From Octopus vulgaris (taxonomy: Eukaryota), in NCBI GenBank assembly GCA_951406725.2, contig OX597835.1, positions 11,594,001-11,658,000 on the forward strand: a DNA stretch of 64,000 nucleotides. The letters run 5' to 3'. Positions 40,756 to 54,688 of the stretch are shown here, in pieces. The first letter of the stretch is position 1; the number at the start of each line of letters is the position of its first letter. Under the pieces are notes generated by a model, which did no database searches, was not told the origin of the DNA, and saw only the letters and a list, made by a program, of their open reading frames with translations. Both the position numbers and the translations under genes were made by a program.

Positions 40756-41576
40756 TACAAGATGCATTCCAGAAGATTTGAGACTTTTCTTTTAGCAGAG
40801 ACATGTATTAAGTCTAAAAAGAAAAATTGTTGTACTTGTTATAGCATTCCATGGAAGTCTCCCATGGAGGTCTCTCAGTGCGAAGGTGCCTAGGACCCTT
40901 GTGACATTTTCCATCGCCTCCTCCATTTTGGAGAGCAACCGTAAATCTTAGGGAAGAAGATCAGAACTGTAGGGAGGTTGTGAGACAGTCCTGATGCCCA
41001 TCCCTGTCAAGTAGTTGGTTACAAGGATATAACCGTGAACGGTTGCCTTGTCGTAATGCAGTTTCTCAAGCGTTTTGCGACAAAATGTCTTCCTGAATCG
41101 CCTCAAAACCTTCACAAAATAATCAATAAATGTAGATGATGCACTTGCTGTCGAGAGGTGGGGTCATCATGAACTTCCCAGTTGACTTGCTTTGGCTGGT
41201 CCCTTTTCTGCCAGAAAAAAAAAACAAAAAAAAAAAAGCCAAGCAAAAAGACAAACGCTTTGCTAATACAGTCTGTAGTATTTCATAGGTTTCTCTCGAT
41301 TTTTTTGCCCGATTGAATGCAAAACCTAATCGCTTACCAAGTTTCCGAATTGTCTCCAAGTCCCGACAGCATTCTGCAAGCTAGTCAGTTCTGACAAGCA
41401 GTGTTTAGTAGATGGTGTTCAAAGTCCTGTTACAGCCTTCTCCTTCAGTCTAGAATAACAAAAGTTGGCAGGTCAGCTTATTTGCTGTCTAGTATTGATA
41501 TACCAAAATTACAATAATCTAGAATAGTTAAAACTGCCGCTCCTGAAAAAAAGTCTCAAAACTTCTGGAATGCATT
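40756..41576 (-). mobile_element. Internally deleted mariner-type element with TIRs
   Basis: atgcattccagaagatttgagactttt and aaaagtctcaaaacttctggaatgcat are inverted; minus-strand ..FAFNRAKKSRETYEILQTV resembles a mariner N-terminus. Confidence 0.7.
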
Positions 41577-41785
41577 ATGTGACCTCGTGAGTACCGCCAG
41601 CGATTTTTTTCCCTCTGTCTTCCCTTCTCGGGATCTTTCCTTCTCCTATGTTTCCGACGAAGAGCTCCGCTCGAAACGTTAAACCCTCCTTCTTCCCTTC
41701 TTTCCTGAGCGTCCAATAATACTTTATTTGTTCCACGTCCTCGCGTTGCTGTGTTTTGTTTTGTGTTTTCTTGTTTGGATTAACT
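41577..41785 (+). mobile_element. ~208-bp hammerhead-bearing element, copy 3 (CCGACGA variant)
   Basis: Same termini; 3' end abuts (TA)n and 5' end abuts the mariner TIR. Confidence 0.8.
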
Positions 41786-41804
41786 ATATATATATATATA
41801 TATA

Positions 41805-41853
<49 letters not shown>

Positions 41854-42014
41854 CTATATCTATCTATGTATCTATCTATCTATCTATATATAATTATATA
41901 TATATATTTTTAATAATAATGGTAAGACAACAAAAGAATGAAAGAGACCTCGATATTATGTAAATAGAGGAATTTATCTGTAAATGTTATATGTGATAAT
42001 TATTCGGTAGCCAT

Positions 42015-42076
42015 GATTAGACTCCGAGTTTCGGATGCCGAAGTGGAAATCCACGTCGCCATCTCTTCAGTTATCC
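42015..42076 (-). ncRNA. Putative type I hammerhead ribozyme with long stem II, within a (TA)n-bounded fragment 41911-42100
   Basis: RNA: GGAUAA CUGAAGA GAUGGCGACGUGG-AUUU-CCACUUCGGCAUC C GAAA CUCGGA GUC UAAUC. Confidence 0.55.
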
Positions 42077-43105
42077 GGCCATCAGAAAAAATGCTATGAA
42101 TATATATATATATCTTCATCCACACAAACATAATACATACGAATTAAATGCATACATATAAACGTAGTACGTGATCTATACATGAATATATACATCCATA
42201 TACGAGTACATACATGCATATAAACGTACGTATATACATTTACACATGCATACATTCATATATCCACAAAAACATTCAGACATAATACAAGTTTTCTGCA
42301 TCCATTTATCTACACATACGTACGTACGCACATACATACATGCACATATATTTACACTCATGCAGACATCCATACATATAATCATACATACATACACGCA
42401 TACACTACTTAACTCACTGGTATCTCTATAAAACTAGTCCAAAAGAGAAATATGTCTGTTGAATATAAATATAAAATCAATTTACCATTGCTATTGGGAG
42501 GGAATCGTTTTTGCCAGCTCCCAAAATTATCTTTAGAAAAACATTATTTTTACATAAATAAACGAATAGGAAAAAAAGAATACTCAATCAGTTTCACATT
42601 AAAAGTTATAAACGAAATCGATGGAGATAATTAGATGACATGTTCTGATAAAATATGTTTTGTCTATCAATACGCCAATATCTGCTATCACTGTGGAACA
42701 ACAGATGGGGAATGCCAGAAGTGTATATGGTAATAAAGCATCTTAGCATATATTAACTAGGTGGATTATAAAGCAAGTGAAGAATATGGATAATCTGCGC
42801 TGAAGAAGCGGTTATTTAGATATGAAATGGCACAGTATTTATTTCCACAAAACACCAACTTATGGCGATTCTATATTCCATACTAGAGAAAGAATTAAAG
42901 CATAAATACTCCTCTCATTCACTCTCTGTCTGTTTATCCATCTACACACACACACACACACACAACGACACACACACACACAACGACACACACACACACA
43001 CAACGACACACACACACACAACGACACACACACACACAACGACACACACACACATTTATATACACACGGACGCGCTCACACGCACACATGCAAAGGATTT
43101 TATAT

Positions 43106-43502
43106 CTCTTTACTCTTTACTCTTTTACTTGTTTCAGTCAATTGACTGCTTCCATGCTGGAGCACCGCCTTTAGTCGAGCAAATCGACCCCGGGACTTAT
43201 TCTTTTGTAAGCCCAGTACTTATTCTATCGGTCTTTTTTGCCGAACCGCTAAGTGACGGGGACGTAAACACACCAGCATCGGTTGTCAAGCAATGCTAGG
43301 GAGACAAACACACACACACATACACACATATATATATACATATATACGACAGGCTTCTTTCAGTTTCCGTCTACCAAATCCACTCACAAGGCATTGGTCG
43401 GCCCGGGACTATAGCAGAAGACACTTGCCCAAGGTGCCACGCAGTGGGACTGAACCCGGAACCATGTGGTTGGTTAGCAAGCTACTTACCACACAGTCAC
43501 TC
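43106..43502 (-). mobile_element. SINE-B, full length
   Basis: Reverse complement of 21763-22160. Confidence 0.9.
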
Positions 43503-44136
43503 GTATTATATATTTTGAATACACACACACACATACACACATATATATATATACATACATGGATGCATACATACATTCACACGCGCACATTCACATAGAT
43601 GGACGTAGAATTACTGAATAATTAATAAGCTCGCTTTGGAATCAACGGATGTTGAGTTCGATCCCTCAGTATGGCATCTTGACCAAGTGAATTTTTTTTT
43701 CTATCCTTACATAATCCTGAAGCAGAAACAATGTAGCACAACATGTGGGAATCTGTTTTATTTTTATTATTCCAGGTACAATAGATACTGCGGTTTCCAT
43801 GCAGTTTCTTTCTTTCAAATCTCAATGGCAAGGAATGGTCAACTCAAATCTATAGGGAATAAAATTTTTCGAAAATTCCACGTGGTGGGATCAAACCCAG
43901 AGCTTTGTGGTTCGGAAACCAACTTCATAACCGTTTGGCCATCAATATAGTGGAGAGGAGAGAGAAAGAATGCCCTCATGTATTAGTGACTTGGACAGAC
44001 GAAGGAATATAAATATATACAATATATATAATATATATATACACACATACACATACACATACACAAACACATATATATATATACATATATATTCATGTAT
44101 ATATATATGTACTGTATATATATATATACATATATA

Positions 44137-44173
<37 letters not shown>

Positions 44174-44762
44174 TAATTTTGATCTCCATCTTAACGTGGA
44201 AGCTGTGTTAGGACACAAAATTCTGCGTTATTGATCTCGTGAGAAAATTTTTAATAAGGGCACGTAAGGCATAAAAGCACTCAAAACTATGTATGTATGC
44301 ATGTACGGATGGATGGATGTATGAATGTATGTATGTATGTATGTATGTATGTATGTATGTATGTATGTATGTATGTATGTATGTATGTATGTATGTATGT
44401 ATGTATGTATGCATGTATGCATGTATGCGTGTCTTTGCGATATGGCACAGTACTTCAATTGTTGCATATTATTGCAGATATATAATATAATGTAGAGTTG
44501 TAAAATTTCAGGAAGCGTGGAGCGTTGACTAGATGGCTGACAATTTTTGGTGGTCAACAGTATACATTAATTATTCAAACATTGTATCTGGCACCAGTAT
44601 GAGCGCTTTGTACGTGGTGCGAGCACCAGGCGTGGTCACCAAGCAGCTTGTAAAAGAAAGACCTATCAGCTGAGAGAAGTGCAGCCAAAAGAAGTGACAG
44701 TGTGGCAGGCGAGAGGTTCAAGTATGATTGAGGGGCCGACATAGCTGTCTTATATATTTGTC

Positions 44763-45043
44763 TTATACGTGTTTATACAGATAGACCTATACAAGATGTA
44801 TTCCAGAGGATTTGAGACTTTTCTTTTAAGAGAGACATGTATTAAGTCTAAAAAAAAATTGTTGTACTTGTTGCAGCATTCCATGGAAGTCTCCCATGGA
44901 GGTCTCTCAGTGCGAAGGTGTCTAGGACCCTTGTGACATTTTCCATCACCTCCTCCATTTTGGAGAGCAACCGTAAATCTTAGGGAAGAAGATCAGAACT
45001 GTAGGGAGGTTGTGAGACAGTCCGGATGCCCATCCCTGTCAAG
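44763..45043 (+). repeat. ~280-bp local duplication of ~40729-41011 (mariner end plus flank)
   Basis: tgtttatacagatagacctatacaagatg...gatgcccatccctgtcaag is present at both sites with few differences. Confidence 0.9.
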
Positions 45044-45534
45044 ACCGATTACGAGTTCTTGTTGAGAAATGACTCTACTATAATGATGAAGATTTGACGC
45101 ATGAGAATCGAATCGAACAAGCCATTATCTATTAAATATATTGACCCTGGAATTCTGTGTTATAAGAATGGAAAACGTCTATCGGTAAGATTAAATATAT
45201 TTTCGAGAACGGAAGAATGATAGAGAGAACAGTTTCATCTCGGATATGATTCAAAGAAAACTGCAGATTAGACAATCGACAGAGTTCTTTAAAAAGTTGT
45301 ACAGTTGATAATGATTATTATATTTTTTATCAAAGATATTTATTTTACGTATGTAGCGATCAGCTTAACATCACTGATGTTTAAGTTGTTTAGAAATTAT
45401 CTTCATCTAATTTATAGATTTAGGAAGTGTAAAAATAAAAGATGAAGATATATAGTAGCAGTGAAAATGAAAATAGTGAATTACACCAAAAATGCAAAAT
45501 TACAAATGGAAATATTAATAATAATAATAATAAC

Positions 45535-45566
<32 letters not shown>

Positions 45567-45798
45567 CAATAATAATAATAATGATAATAATAATAATGAT
45601 CGTGATGATGATGATGATGATGATAACGATGATGGTGATGACGGTGAGCAACTAAAGATGAAAGGCAGAATATCTTATTCAGAAATATTCCACTGGAGCC
45701 ACATAGGAAGTAAAACACAATATGGCCTCCCCTTCTCTCTCCTGTACCCCCTCTCACTTTATCTTCCTCTTCCCCACGCTCTCTCTCCTCCTCTCTGA

Positions 45799-45894
<96 letters not shown>

Positions 45895-45905
45895 GTATGC
45901 ATATA

Positions 45906-45937
<32 letters not shown>

Positions 45938-46009
45938 CATATATATTATATATAATATATATATATGTATATATATATATAATATATATATATATATATA
46001 ACATACATA

Positions 46010-46071
<62 letters not shown>

Positions 46072-46077
46072 CATATG

Positions 46078-46108
<31 letters not shown>

Positions 46109-47208
46109 ACACGAGCCTTGCTAAAGCTCAAGGTTTTAGCTGTTTCTTTTCAATACCAACTACAACAACGAAATCTAAAAGAACAAAACAAGTCTGTTGC
46201 CTTGAGAAATATCAAAGGAAAATAGAAGCTGCCAGATATAAATGGCAGACTTCGGCCTTTTCTTTCTAATTTTGTATTAACAGCAGCATTAATTTTAAAT
46301 GTCAATGCAACCTAGAGACAAATACCCACCTCTTGTGCAATTCCCGCTCTTGGTCCCCAGTATTTCGTTTTATACTTAAAGCAATACAATTTACCGAAGT
46401 CTAGGTCTCGGAAGCGCTGCAGGTAAATGCTTAGAAATAAGTTTTATTTATTTATTTTCTTTCATCTTTCCTTCATCTGCTGTTCTTCCCCGTGAGCTGA
46501 AAATGTGAGATTACTCTAAACAAAAACGTTAAAGTCTTGGAAAAGTTGAAACAGACTTAACTGACGATTCAATGGGGTATGTTTCATGTATGTTGTTGGT
46601 GGGGTTGACAAGTTCATAGCAATATTGTCACGTCACTTTAAATGCTAAAATAACATAAAGCTAAAATTCCGAGTTTCAATAAGTTATACCCAGAAGCGTG
46701 GGTTGGTTTATATTATCAAATTTTGAATTCAATCGCGTTCCATTTTTAATGACCATTTTTCCGTTACAGTGAATCGTTTTTAATCCAACTTATACCGGTT
46801 AGATTAATCCAACATTTACCCGTTACTTCGAATAGTAATAATACATTGTTCAATCAGCTTTACATATTTATTCCATGACTTGTTAAATAATAATCATTAC
46901 ACATTATATATATATATATATATATATATTGTTTGATTGAGACCCCATTCGGTCATGGCTGACCCTGGGGTTGCAGCTAGAAAGTTACCCTCCCAGGCAC
47001 AAGTCCGGGCAAGATTGTTTATAGAAGACCAGCAGTCGCCCATGCATACCAGTCTGCCCTTCTCCATATCACCAGTGTTATCCAAGGGAAAGGCAACAGC
47101 AGATACAGCTTGGCACCTGTGAGGTTGCAACTCATTTCTACAGGTGAGTGAACTGAAGTTCACACAGCTAAAGTTGTTACTAAATGGCACGAGGAATATA
47201 TGTATATG

Positions 47209-47291
<83 letters not shown>

Positions 47292-47301
47292 GTATGTGTA
47301 T

Positions 47302-47339
<38 letters not shown>

Positions 47340-47348
47340 TATATCAAA

Positions 47349-47553
47349 ATGTGACCGCGTGTGTACCGTTGGCGATATTTTTTCCTCCGTCTTCCCTTCT
47401 CTGGACCTTTCCTTTTCCTATGTTTCTGACGAAGAGCTCCGCTCGAAACGTAAAACCCTCCTTCTTCCCTTCCTTCCTGAGCGTCCAATAATACTATATT
47501 CGTTCCACGTCCTTGCGTTGTTGTGTTTTCTCTTTGTGTTTTCATGTTTGGAT

Positions 47554-47558
<5 letters not shown>
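47349..47558 (+). mobile_element. ~208-bp hammerhead-bearing element, copy 4 (intact core)
   Basis: atgtgacc...ggattaact(AT)n; (TA)n on both sides. Confidence 0.85.
47422..47456 (+). ncRNA. Minimal type I hammerhead ribozyme motif
   Basis: GUUU CUGACGA A GAGC-UCC-GCUC GAAA CG UA AAAC: conserved core boxes, 4-bp stem II, stem I GUUU/AAAC and palindromic ACGU in place of stem III. Confidence 0.65.
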
Positions 47559-47611
<53 letters not shown>

Positions 47612-48234
47612 CATATATATATCATATATGTATATGATATGTATGTATATGTATAGGGCCCGATATCTTTCCGAGAGACAGGAGGTAATTCTTTTCGATA
47701 CCCCTGTCACAAACATCACTGCTTTGCCAAGCCGTATATTATTATGTTGTAGTGTATAATACACTAAATGTGGTTAAACGAGAACCTTTCCACAACCATT
47801 GCAACTTTTCTAAGATGTCAGTATTCTCAATCGTCTATAGAACATTTACCTAAAATAGACTAATATATGATTTATATCAAAGGTGTAGGGAAAAGAAAAG
47901 GAAAATCACTTTGCTGTATAATTCAAGAGATTTATGGAAGCGTCTGCTGCCGAATTCAAGTCGACACTCGGAAGGATGGCTTGATAAGTGACGTATTCTC
48001 TTTTATGCTACCATAAAGTGTACCATTCTTTGATGGAAAAGCCGATAACATCACGCCATTTATCATAACATGCAAGCAATATATACATACATACATATAT
48101 ATGTCTATACACACACATATATATATATGCATGTATGTATATATATATTTATATATATATATATATACGCACGCATATATACATATATACATATTTATAT
48201 AGTATATAGACATATAAATATATGTTTATATGTG

Positions 48235-48360
<126 letters not shown>

Positions 48361-48768
48361 ATATATATATACACATACATACATCGTCATTTTCTAGAGC
48401 TTGATGCACGCGCACGATCTTACACACATACACACAGACACTCACATACACAGAGTCACCAGCCAACACGTATATGTATATATGAGCATTGTGAATATAT
48501 AATTTGTAGTTGTCCTGGGAATTATTCTATTATGCAATGCGAATTAACGAGAATGATCGAGAAAAATAATAATAATAAATAAAAAAAAATGAAACCATTC
48601 AAGTTCGGTGTCAGTAATAAAGCAAAGCCGAGAGAGACTGGCTGAAACAACGTCAGTTAGATACGACTTAAGATAACCGCCATCAGGAACACACCGGCCT
48701 CTCACTCTCCCTGCTCTCTCTCTTCTACCGCTCTCCTCTCTATTTTTACCCTCTCTTGATATACATAC

Positions 48769-48864
<96 letters not shown>

Positions 48865-48865
48865 G

Positions 48866-48936
<71 letters not shown>

Positions 48937-48937
48937 A

Positions 48938-49025
<88 letters not shown>

Positions 49026-49028
49026 CAC

Positions 49029-49081
<53 letters not shown>

Positions 49082-49472
49082 TTTATTTATGTATGTATGT
49101 GTGAGTGTTTGTATATATATCCATGTACATACGTTGAGGCCAATCTCTTTCATGATGATATAATATGCCAGTGGGAACAAGATGGCGTTGTTAAGCGTTG
49201 TGTATTATGCGATACGTAGAAAAGATAGGGCTGACGATAAACATGTGAGAATTTACATTGATGTTGAGGGCATAATTACTCATAATATGAAAACAGGAAA
49301 GGATAATACAGGTAGAACGTTCCAGTCGAAGCTTCAGTAAACTGCAAGCTTAACAGACCAGACATTGTAATCAGAGATTGTAAACGGCTGTGTAAAATGG
49401 TTTTGTGTGTACGAATGTTTGTCTGTATGTGTCCGTATGGTTGTCTGTGGTGGTGGTGGTGGTGGTGATGGT

Positions 49473-49702
49473 GGCGGCGAGCTGGCAGTAACGTTAGCAC
49501 GCCGGGCGAAATGCTTAGCAGTATTTCATCTGCAGCTACGTTCTGAGTTCAAATTCCGTCGAGGTCGACTTTGCCTTTCATCCTTTCGGGGTCGATTAAA
49601 TAAGTACCAGTTACGCACTGGGGTCGATATAATCAACTTAATTCGTTTGTCTGTCCTTGTTTGTCCCCTCTGTGTTTAGCCCCTTGTGGGTAGTAAAGAA
49701 AC
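49473..49702 (+). mobile_element. SINE-C, full length
   Basis: Matches 54689-54918. Confidence 0.88.
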
Positions 49703-49729
49703 AGGTGGTGAGTATTTGTTTGTGTGATC

Positions 49730-49835
49730 CTGATCGTGTATGCTATTAGGATCGTGATGCTTACTGATCGTGTATGCTATTAGGATCGTGATGCTTACTG
49801 ATCGTGTATGCTATTAGGATCGTGATGCTTACTGA
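49730..49835. repeat. 3 x 34-bp perfect tandem repeat
   Basis: ctgatcgtgtatgctattaggatcgtgatgctta at 49730, 49764 and 49798. Confidence 0.95.
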
Positions 49836-50450
49836 ATAAAAGCCAAACACGTCTGAGGGACGAGAGAGTGGGACGAACTCTGAACAAAAACGTTCGCTTT
49901 TAGAAACATAAACCACGACAGCCTTGTTGGCGGGTTTACTGAATTTTTACAGAGTACTAAAGGAGTAAAACCTTACAGGAAAGAGCAGGGAGGACTCTAA
50001 GGCAAATATCTAGCTTCTTTTTTGCGGTTCCAGAGATGGTGTGAACGTATTGTCTGGTCTTTTATTCGTGGCATGTCTATAAGTCGAGAGGAGGTGAGTG
50101 TAATTTGCGTTAGATATTTGCTTCCGGGAACGGCCCAGGTAGAGCAGATGTGATTAAAGTACAGTCTTTACAATACCATCGAGCAAAAACTAAGTGCTCA
50201 ATCACACACACACACATATCCATATAAATATATTTGCGCGCGCGTGTGTGTATATGTATGTATATATGCATATATAGGTTTGTAGATGCAAACGGGAAAA
50301 AAAAACCTCAAAATATCAGTATGTGTATTGTGTTATTAATATTTAGTGAGTCAGTGTGTCCGACTGAGCGGCCACAGTCGGACAAACAGTGCCGCGCCCT
50401 GTCTTCTCCCATGTGAAGTCCTAGGTCAGTGCCACCAATTACAGACAAAC

Positions 50451-50827
50451 TACGAGGTTGAGTCAAAGTGACTTCTTCACTACAGTTTTCAATTCCTCGT
50501 CACTGGACTATCATCGTCACTGGGCTATCATCTATTCGGCCCAATAGAAGAGGGTTTGAGAGGCAAACACATTATTCCAGTGATGAGGAAGTGAAAACTG
50601 TAGTGAATAAGTGGCTCAAAGAACAGTCGACAGAGTTTTATGGAGCAGGGATACATGCTCTCATTCGAAGGTGGAACATTGCTATTGAGAGGAACCGTGA
50701 CTATGTTGAGAAGTAGGGATGTGATCCACAGAAGACCAACTTCATTTTGATGCATGATACATGTTCCTGTATTGGTAATTATACCTGTCCTAAACAAAAT
50801 GGCATTACTTTTTTACTCACTCTCATA
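50451..50827 (+). mobile_element. Deleted mariner element retaining the transposase C-terminus
   Basis: HYSSDEEVKTVVNKWLKEQSTEFYGAGIHALIRRWNIAIERNRDYVEK* is a typical mariner C-terminus; TIR-like ends tacgaggttgagtcaaa and ttttactcactctcata. Confidence 0.85.
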
Positions 50828-50847
50828 TAACAAACATACAAACATGC

Positions 50848-50882
<35 letters not shown>

Positions 50883-50953
50883 TGCATGTATGTATGTATG
50901 TATGTATGTATGTATCTCTGTTTATGTATATGTATGTATATAAATATTTTATG

Positions 50954-50984
<31 letters not shown>

Positions 50985-51145
50985 GGGAAGAATTCACAAA
51001 AAAAAAAACAAAAGATGAAGACAGGTGTTTAACGCTCGGGAAGTGAAAAAAATCTTTAACGTTTCGAGCCTACTCCCTTCCACAGAAGGGAACACAGAAA
51101 GAAACAAGGAGAGAAAATAAAGAATGTGTAGTGGCTAGCGATCCA
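50985..51145 (-). mobile_element. (TA)n-anchored fragment with a degenerate hammerhead-like motif
   Basis: Minus strand ctt ctgtgga agggagtaggctc gaaacgtt aaag at 51054-51088. Confidence 0.5.
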
Positions 51146-51308
51146 CACACGCATATACACATATATCGATAAATAGATAGACAGATAGATAGATAGATAG
51201 ATTATCCCTGTAAACTGCTAACTAAATAATATCATAAACATTTAACAAACACACAAACGCACAACATAGGCACACACATCATATACCTGTATACACATAG
51301 ATGTATAT

Positions 51309-51464
<156 letters not shown>

Positions 51465-51749
51465 TATGTAAATACATATTGCTAAGTCTATAATGCTTTT
51501 CAGGAAAAAGTGGATTTCAGCATGCACTTTTCTCATTTTTCGTTTCTAAAAGAATCCATTTTGTTGGGAAAGTTGAAGCGATTTGATTGGTAGAGAGAGA
51601 TTTGTGTCTGTATAAGCCATTGCGTATGACTATGTCTGCTTGTTGTGTGTGTGTGTGAGTGTGTCGCGTACGTGTGTGTGCGTTGCATTTATGTTGATAT
51701 GCATGTGTGCGTGTTTGTGTGTAAAGACGTATCCATTTATATATGAGAA

Positions 51750-51794
<45 letters not shown>

Positions 51795-51870
51795 GTTGGA
51801 TATGTATGTTGTACAGGCAATGTACGTGCATAATTGTGAGAATGAAGATAATATATATATATATATATAC

Positions 51871-51920
<50 letters not shown>

Positions 51921-52007
51921 GTATGTATGTATACATGCAAGTATATATGTATTTATAACAAAACAGGAAGTTGGACAATTTACCTTTATGTGTGTATATA
52001 TACATAC

Positions 52008-52057
<50 letters not shown>

Positions 52058-52774
52058 TGAATTCAGTTGCTTTTAATATGCAACATTTCTAATATTTATG
52101 CAATTTTGTTTTGTATGTACGCATGTTATATAATTCCACATGCATAATCTCTCCATACATACATACATGCATATATACATATATACATATATACATATAT
52201 ACACCCACACACACCCCTAACCCATTAATACCCTGAAATACCGATTTTTATGAACAAAATTGCATCTGCGAAATATAACGTAGAAATATCTTGGAACAAA
52301 TGCGTAATGGTTTTGTTGAAATCAAAATGTCTTGTGGCCTTTTGTTGGAGAAATAAACTACGCATTTATTCTCTATATGAAGTGCAAAGATGTCGGCAAA
52401 TGACATTAGCTATTTATAAAAAAACCGCTTCTTGTTAGTTAACTCTTGGCTACACTTACCTTAAAAGTTCAGCTAATATACGCAGATACAATAATGTACA
52501 AAGGAAACATGCATGGCAACACAGGGATATGAAATACCTTTATAAAAAAGGACGTTAAACACTGGCTAAGGCTTGCTTTTTTTTTTAATATGGTGAAAGG
52601 AAAAACTGGGCAATATTTTCGTTTGTCAATGTGTTTGAGCTTATTTGTAAGCGTGCATTCTGGAGTGTGTTTATGTGTGTGTTTTATAATTATCTGCAAG
52701 CAACCACAACCTGTATAATGAAACACTTTTACATACATAATACATACATAATGCATACATACATACATACATAC

Positions 52775-53144
52775 GGAGGCGCAATGGCCCAGTGGTTAGG
52801 GCAGCGGACTCGCGGTTTCGATTCCCAGACCGGGCGTTGTGAGTGTTTATTGAGCGAAAACACCTAAAAGCTCCACGAGGCTCCGGCAGGGGATGGTGGT
52901 GATCCCTGCTGTACTCTTCCACCACAACTTTCTCTCACTCTTACTTCCTGTTTCTGTTGTACCTGTATTTCAAAGGGCCGGCCTTGTCACTTTCTGTGTC
53001 ACGCTGAATATACCCGAGAACTACGTTTAGGGTACACGTGTCTGTGGAGTGCTCAGCCACTTACACGTTAATTTCACGAGCAAGCTGTTCCGTTGATTCG
53101 GATCAACCGGAACCCTCATCGTCGTAACCGACGGAGTGCTTCCA
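52775..53144 (+). mobile_element. SINE-A with a small deletion in the head, inserted in (ATAC)n
   Basis: Matches 8541-8926 except for a deletion between the two tcgcggt repeats. Confidence 0.9.
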
Positions 53145-53453
53145 AACATACATACATACATACATACATACATACATACGAACATATATATACATATACA
53201 TGTATATATATGCATATGCATGCGTACTCTGTTCTGAATGTGTACTTATGAAAAGCAAAAGTACACAAACACGTACTTACATGTAATTATGAATACAGAC
53301 ACTCGCACGCACACACACACACGCGCAAGCACACACACACACATATATCACACACATGTACCAGAGTAAACAGCCGTCTTAATGAGGGTATATCTTGTCA
53401 ATGACATTATTAGGTTTTATAATTTAAACAACGTTGGAAAATAAATACAGTAT

Positions 53454-53900
53454 ACTCTTTTACTCTTTTACTCTTTTACTCTTTTACTCTTTTACTCTTT
53501 TACTTGTTTCAGTCATTTGACTGCGGCCATGCTGGAGCACCACCTTTAATCGAGCAAATCGACCCCGGGACTTATTGTTTTTTGTAAGCCCAGTACTTAT
53601 TTTATCGGTCTCTTTTGCCGAACCGCTAAGTAACGGGGACATAAACACACCAGCATCGGTTGTCAAGCAATGCTAGGGGGACAAACACAGACACACAAAC
53701 ACACACACATACATATATATACACATATACATATATACGACAGGCTTCTTTCAGTTTCCGTCTACCAAATCCACTCACAAGGCTTTGGTCGGCCCGAGGC
53801 TATAGCAGAAGACACTTGCCCAAGATGCCACGCAGTGGGACTGAACCCGGAACCATGTGGTTGGTAAACAAGCTACTTACCACACAGCCACTCCTGCGCC
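53454..53900 (-). mobile_element. SINE-B, full length with (CTCTTTTA)n tail
   Basis: Matches the other B copies. Confidence 0.9.
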
Positions 53901-54688
53901 TATATTTCAGTATTTGTTAAGACTCTTTGTGTTCTGAGTTTAAAGACTTCCGGGTTCAACCTTGCTTTAAGTACTCCGAAATCAATAAAATATATCCCAG
54001 TCGACTACTGAGGTTGATACTGTCAACTCAACCATTTCTTTGAAAATCGGCGGCGGCCGCGTACCTAAATCTGAACCCATTTTTGTGAACCATTTTGTTA
54101 AGAACATATTTGATAATATTTGCGTCATCAGACTGGGCAGAATAAATGGGAAAGGCGGCGTAGCGAAAGCTGTAGTACTAGAAAAGCTGAAAGTACACTT
54201 TATACTCACCAAATACTTGTGAAGTACTGGTTGTACTTGGTGCCATTGTTCAAGACCATTCTGACGGGAAATAATGAGGGAAAGAGAACAACTGGCCGTC
54301 GAAGACGTTTCTGGACTGACGACGCCAAAGTATGAACTAGAAACACATATAAAGCCTGGATTATGACGTTCATGCAGCACAAAGCACCACAGGACATTTC
54401 GATTTCAAAAGACCATTTCTCAGTCATATTTTATATTTCTAAACCATATTTCTAAGTCATATTTCGGTGTTTCAGGGTATTAATGAGTTAGAGTGCTGCG
54501 TGAGTATTTGCGTGAGTCTGTGTTGGGGGGGGGGGGGGCGGTATCATGCATGCAATCGGTCAGGCCTTTTTGCATGCATGCAAGCCGACCCCTTGATAGA
54601 AAGGGTACCTAACTGGCCAGCGTCCTCTGTTATATTCTACCAACACTCGTTACACTACAACACGTGACATAACAATATATTCTCTGAA

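Noticed and set aside
44545-44762. Possible L2/CR1-group LINE C-terminal remnant on the minus strand
   Set aside because: Too degraded to assign without an alignment
48615-48660. gcc...ggctgaaacaacgtc hammerhead-like 3' half
   Set aside because: No CUGANGA box upstream
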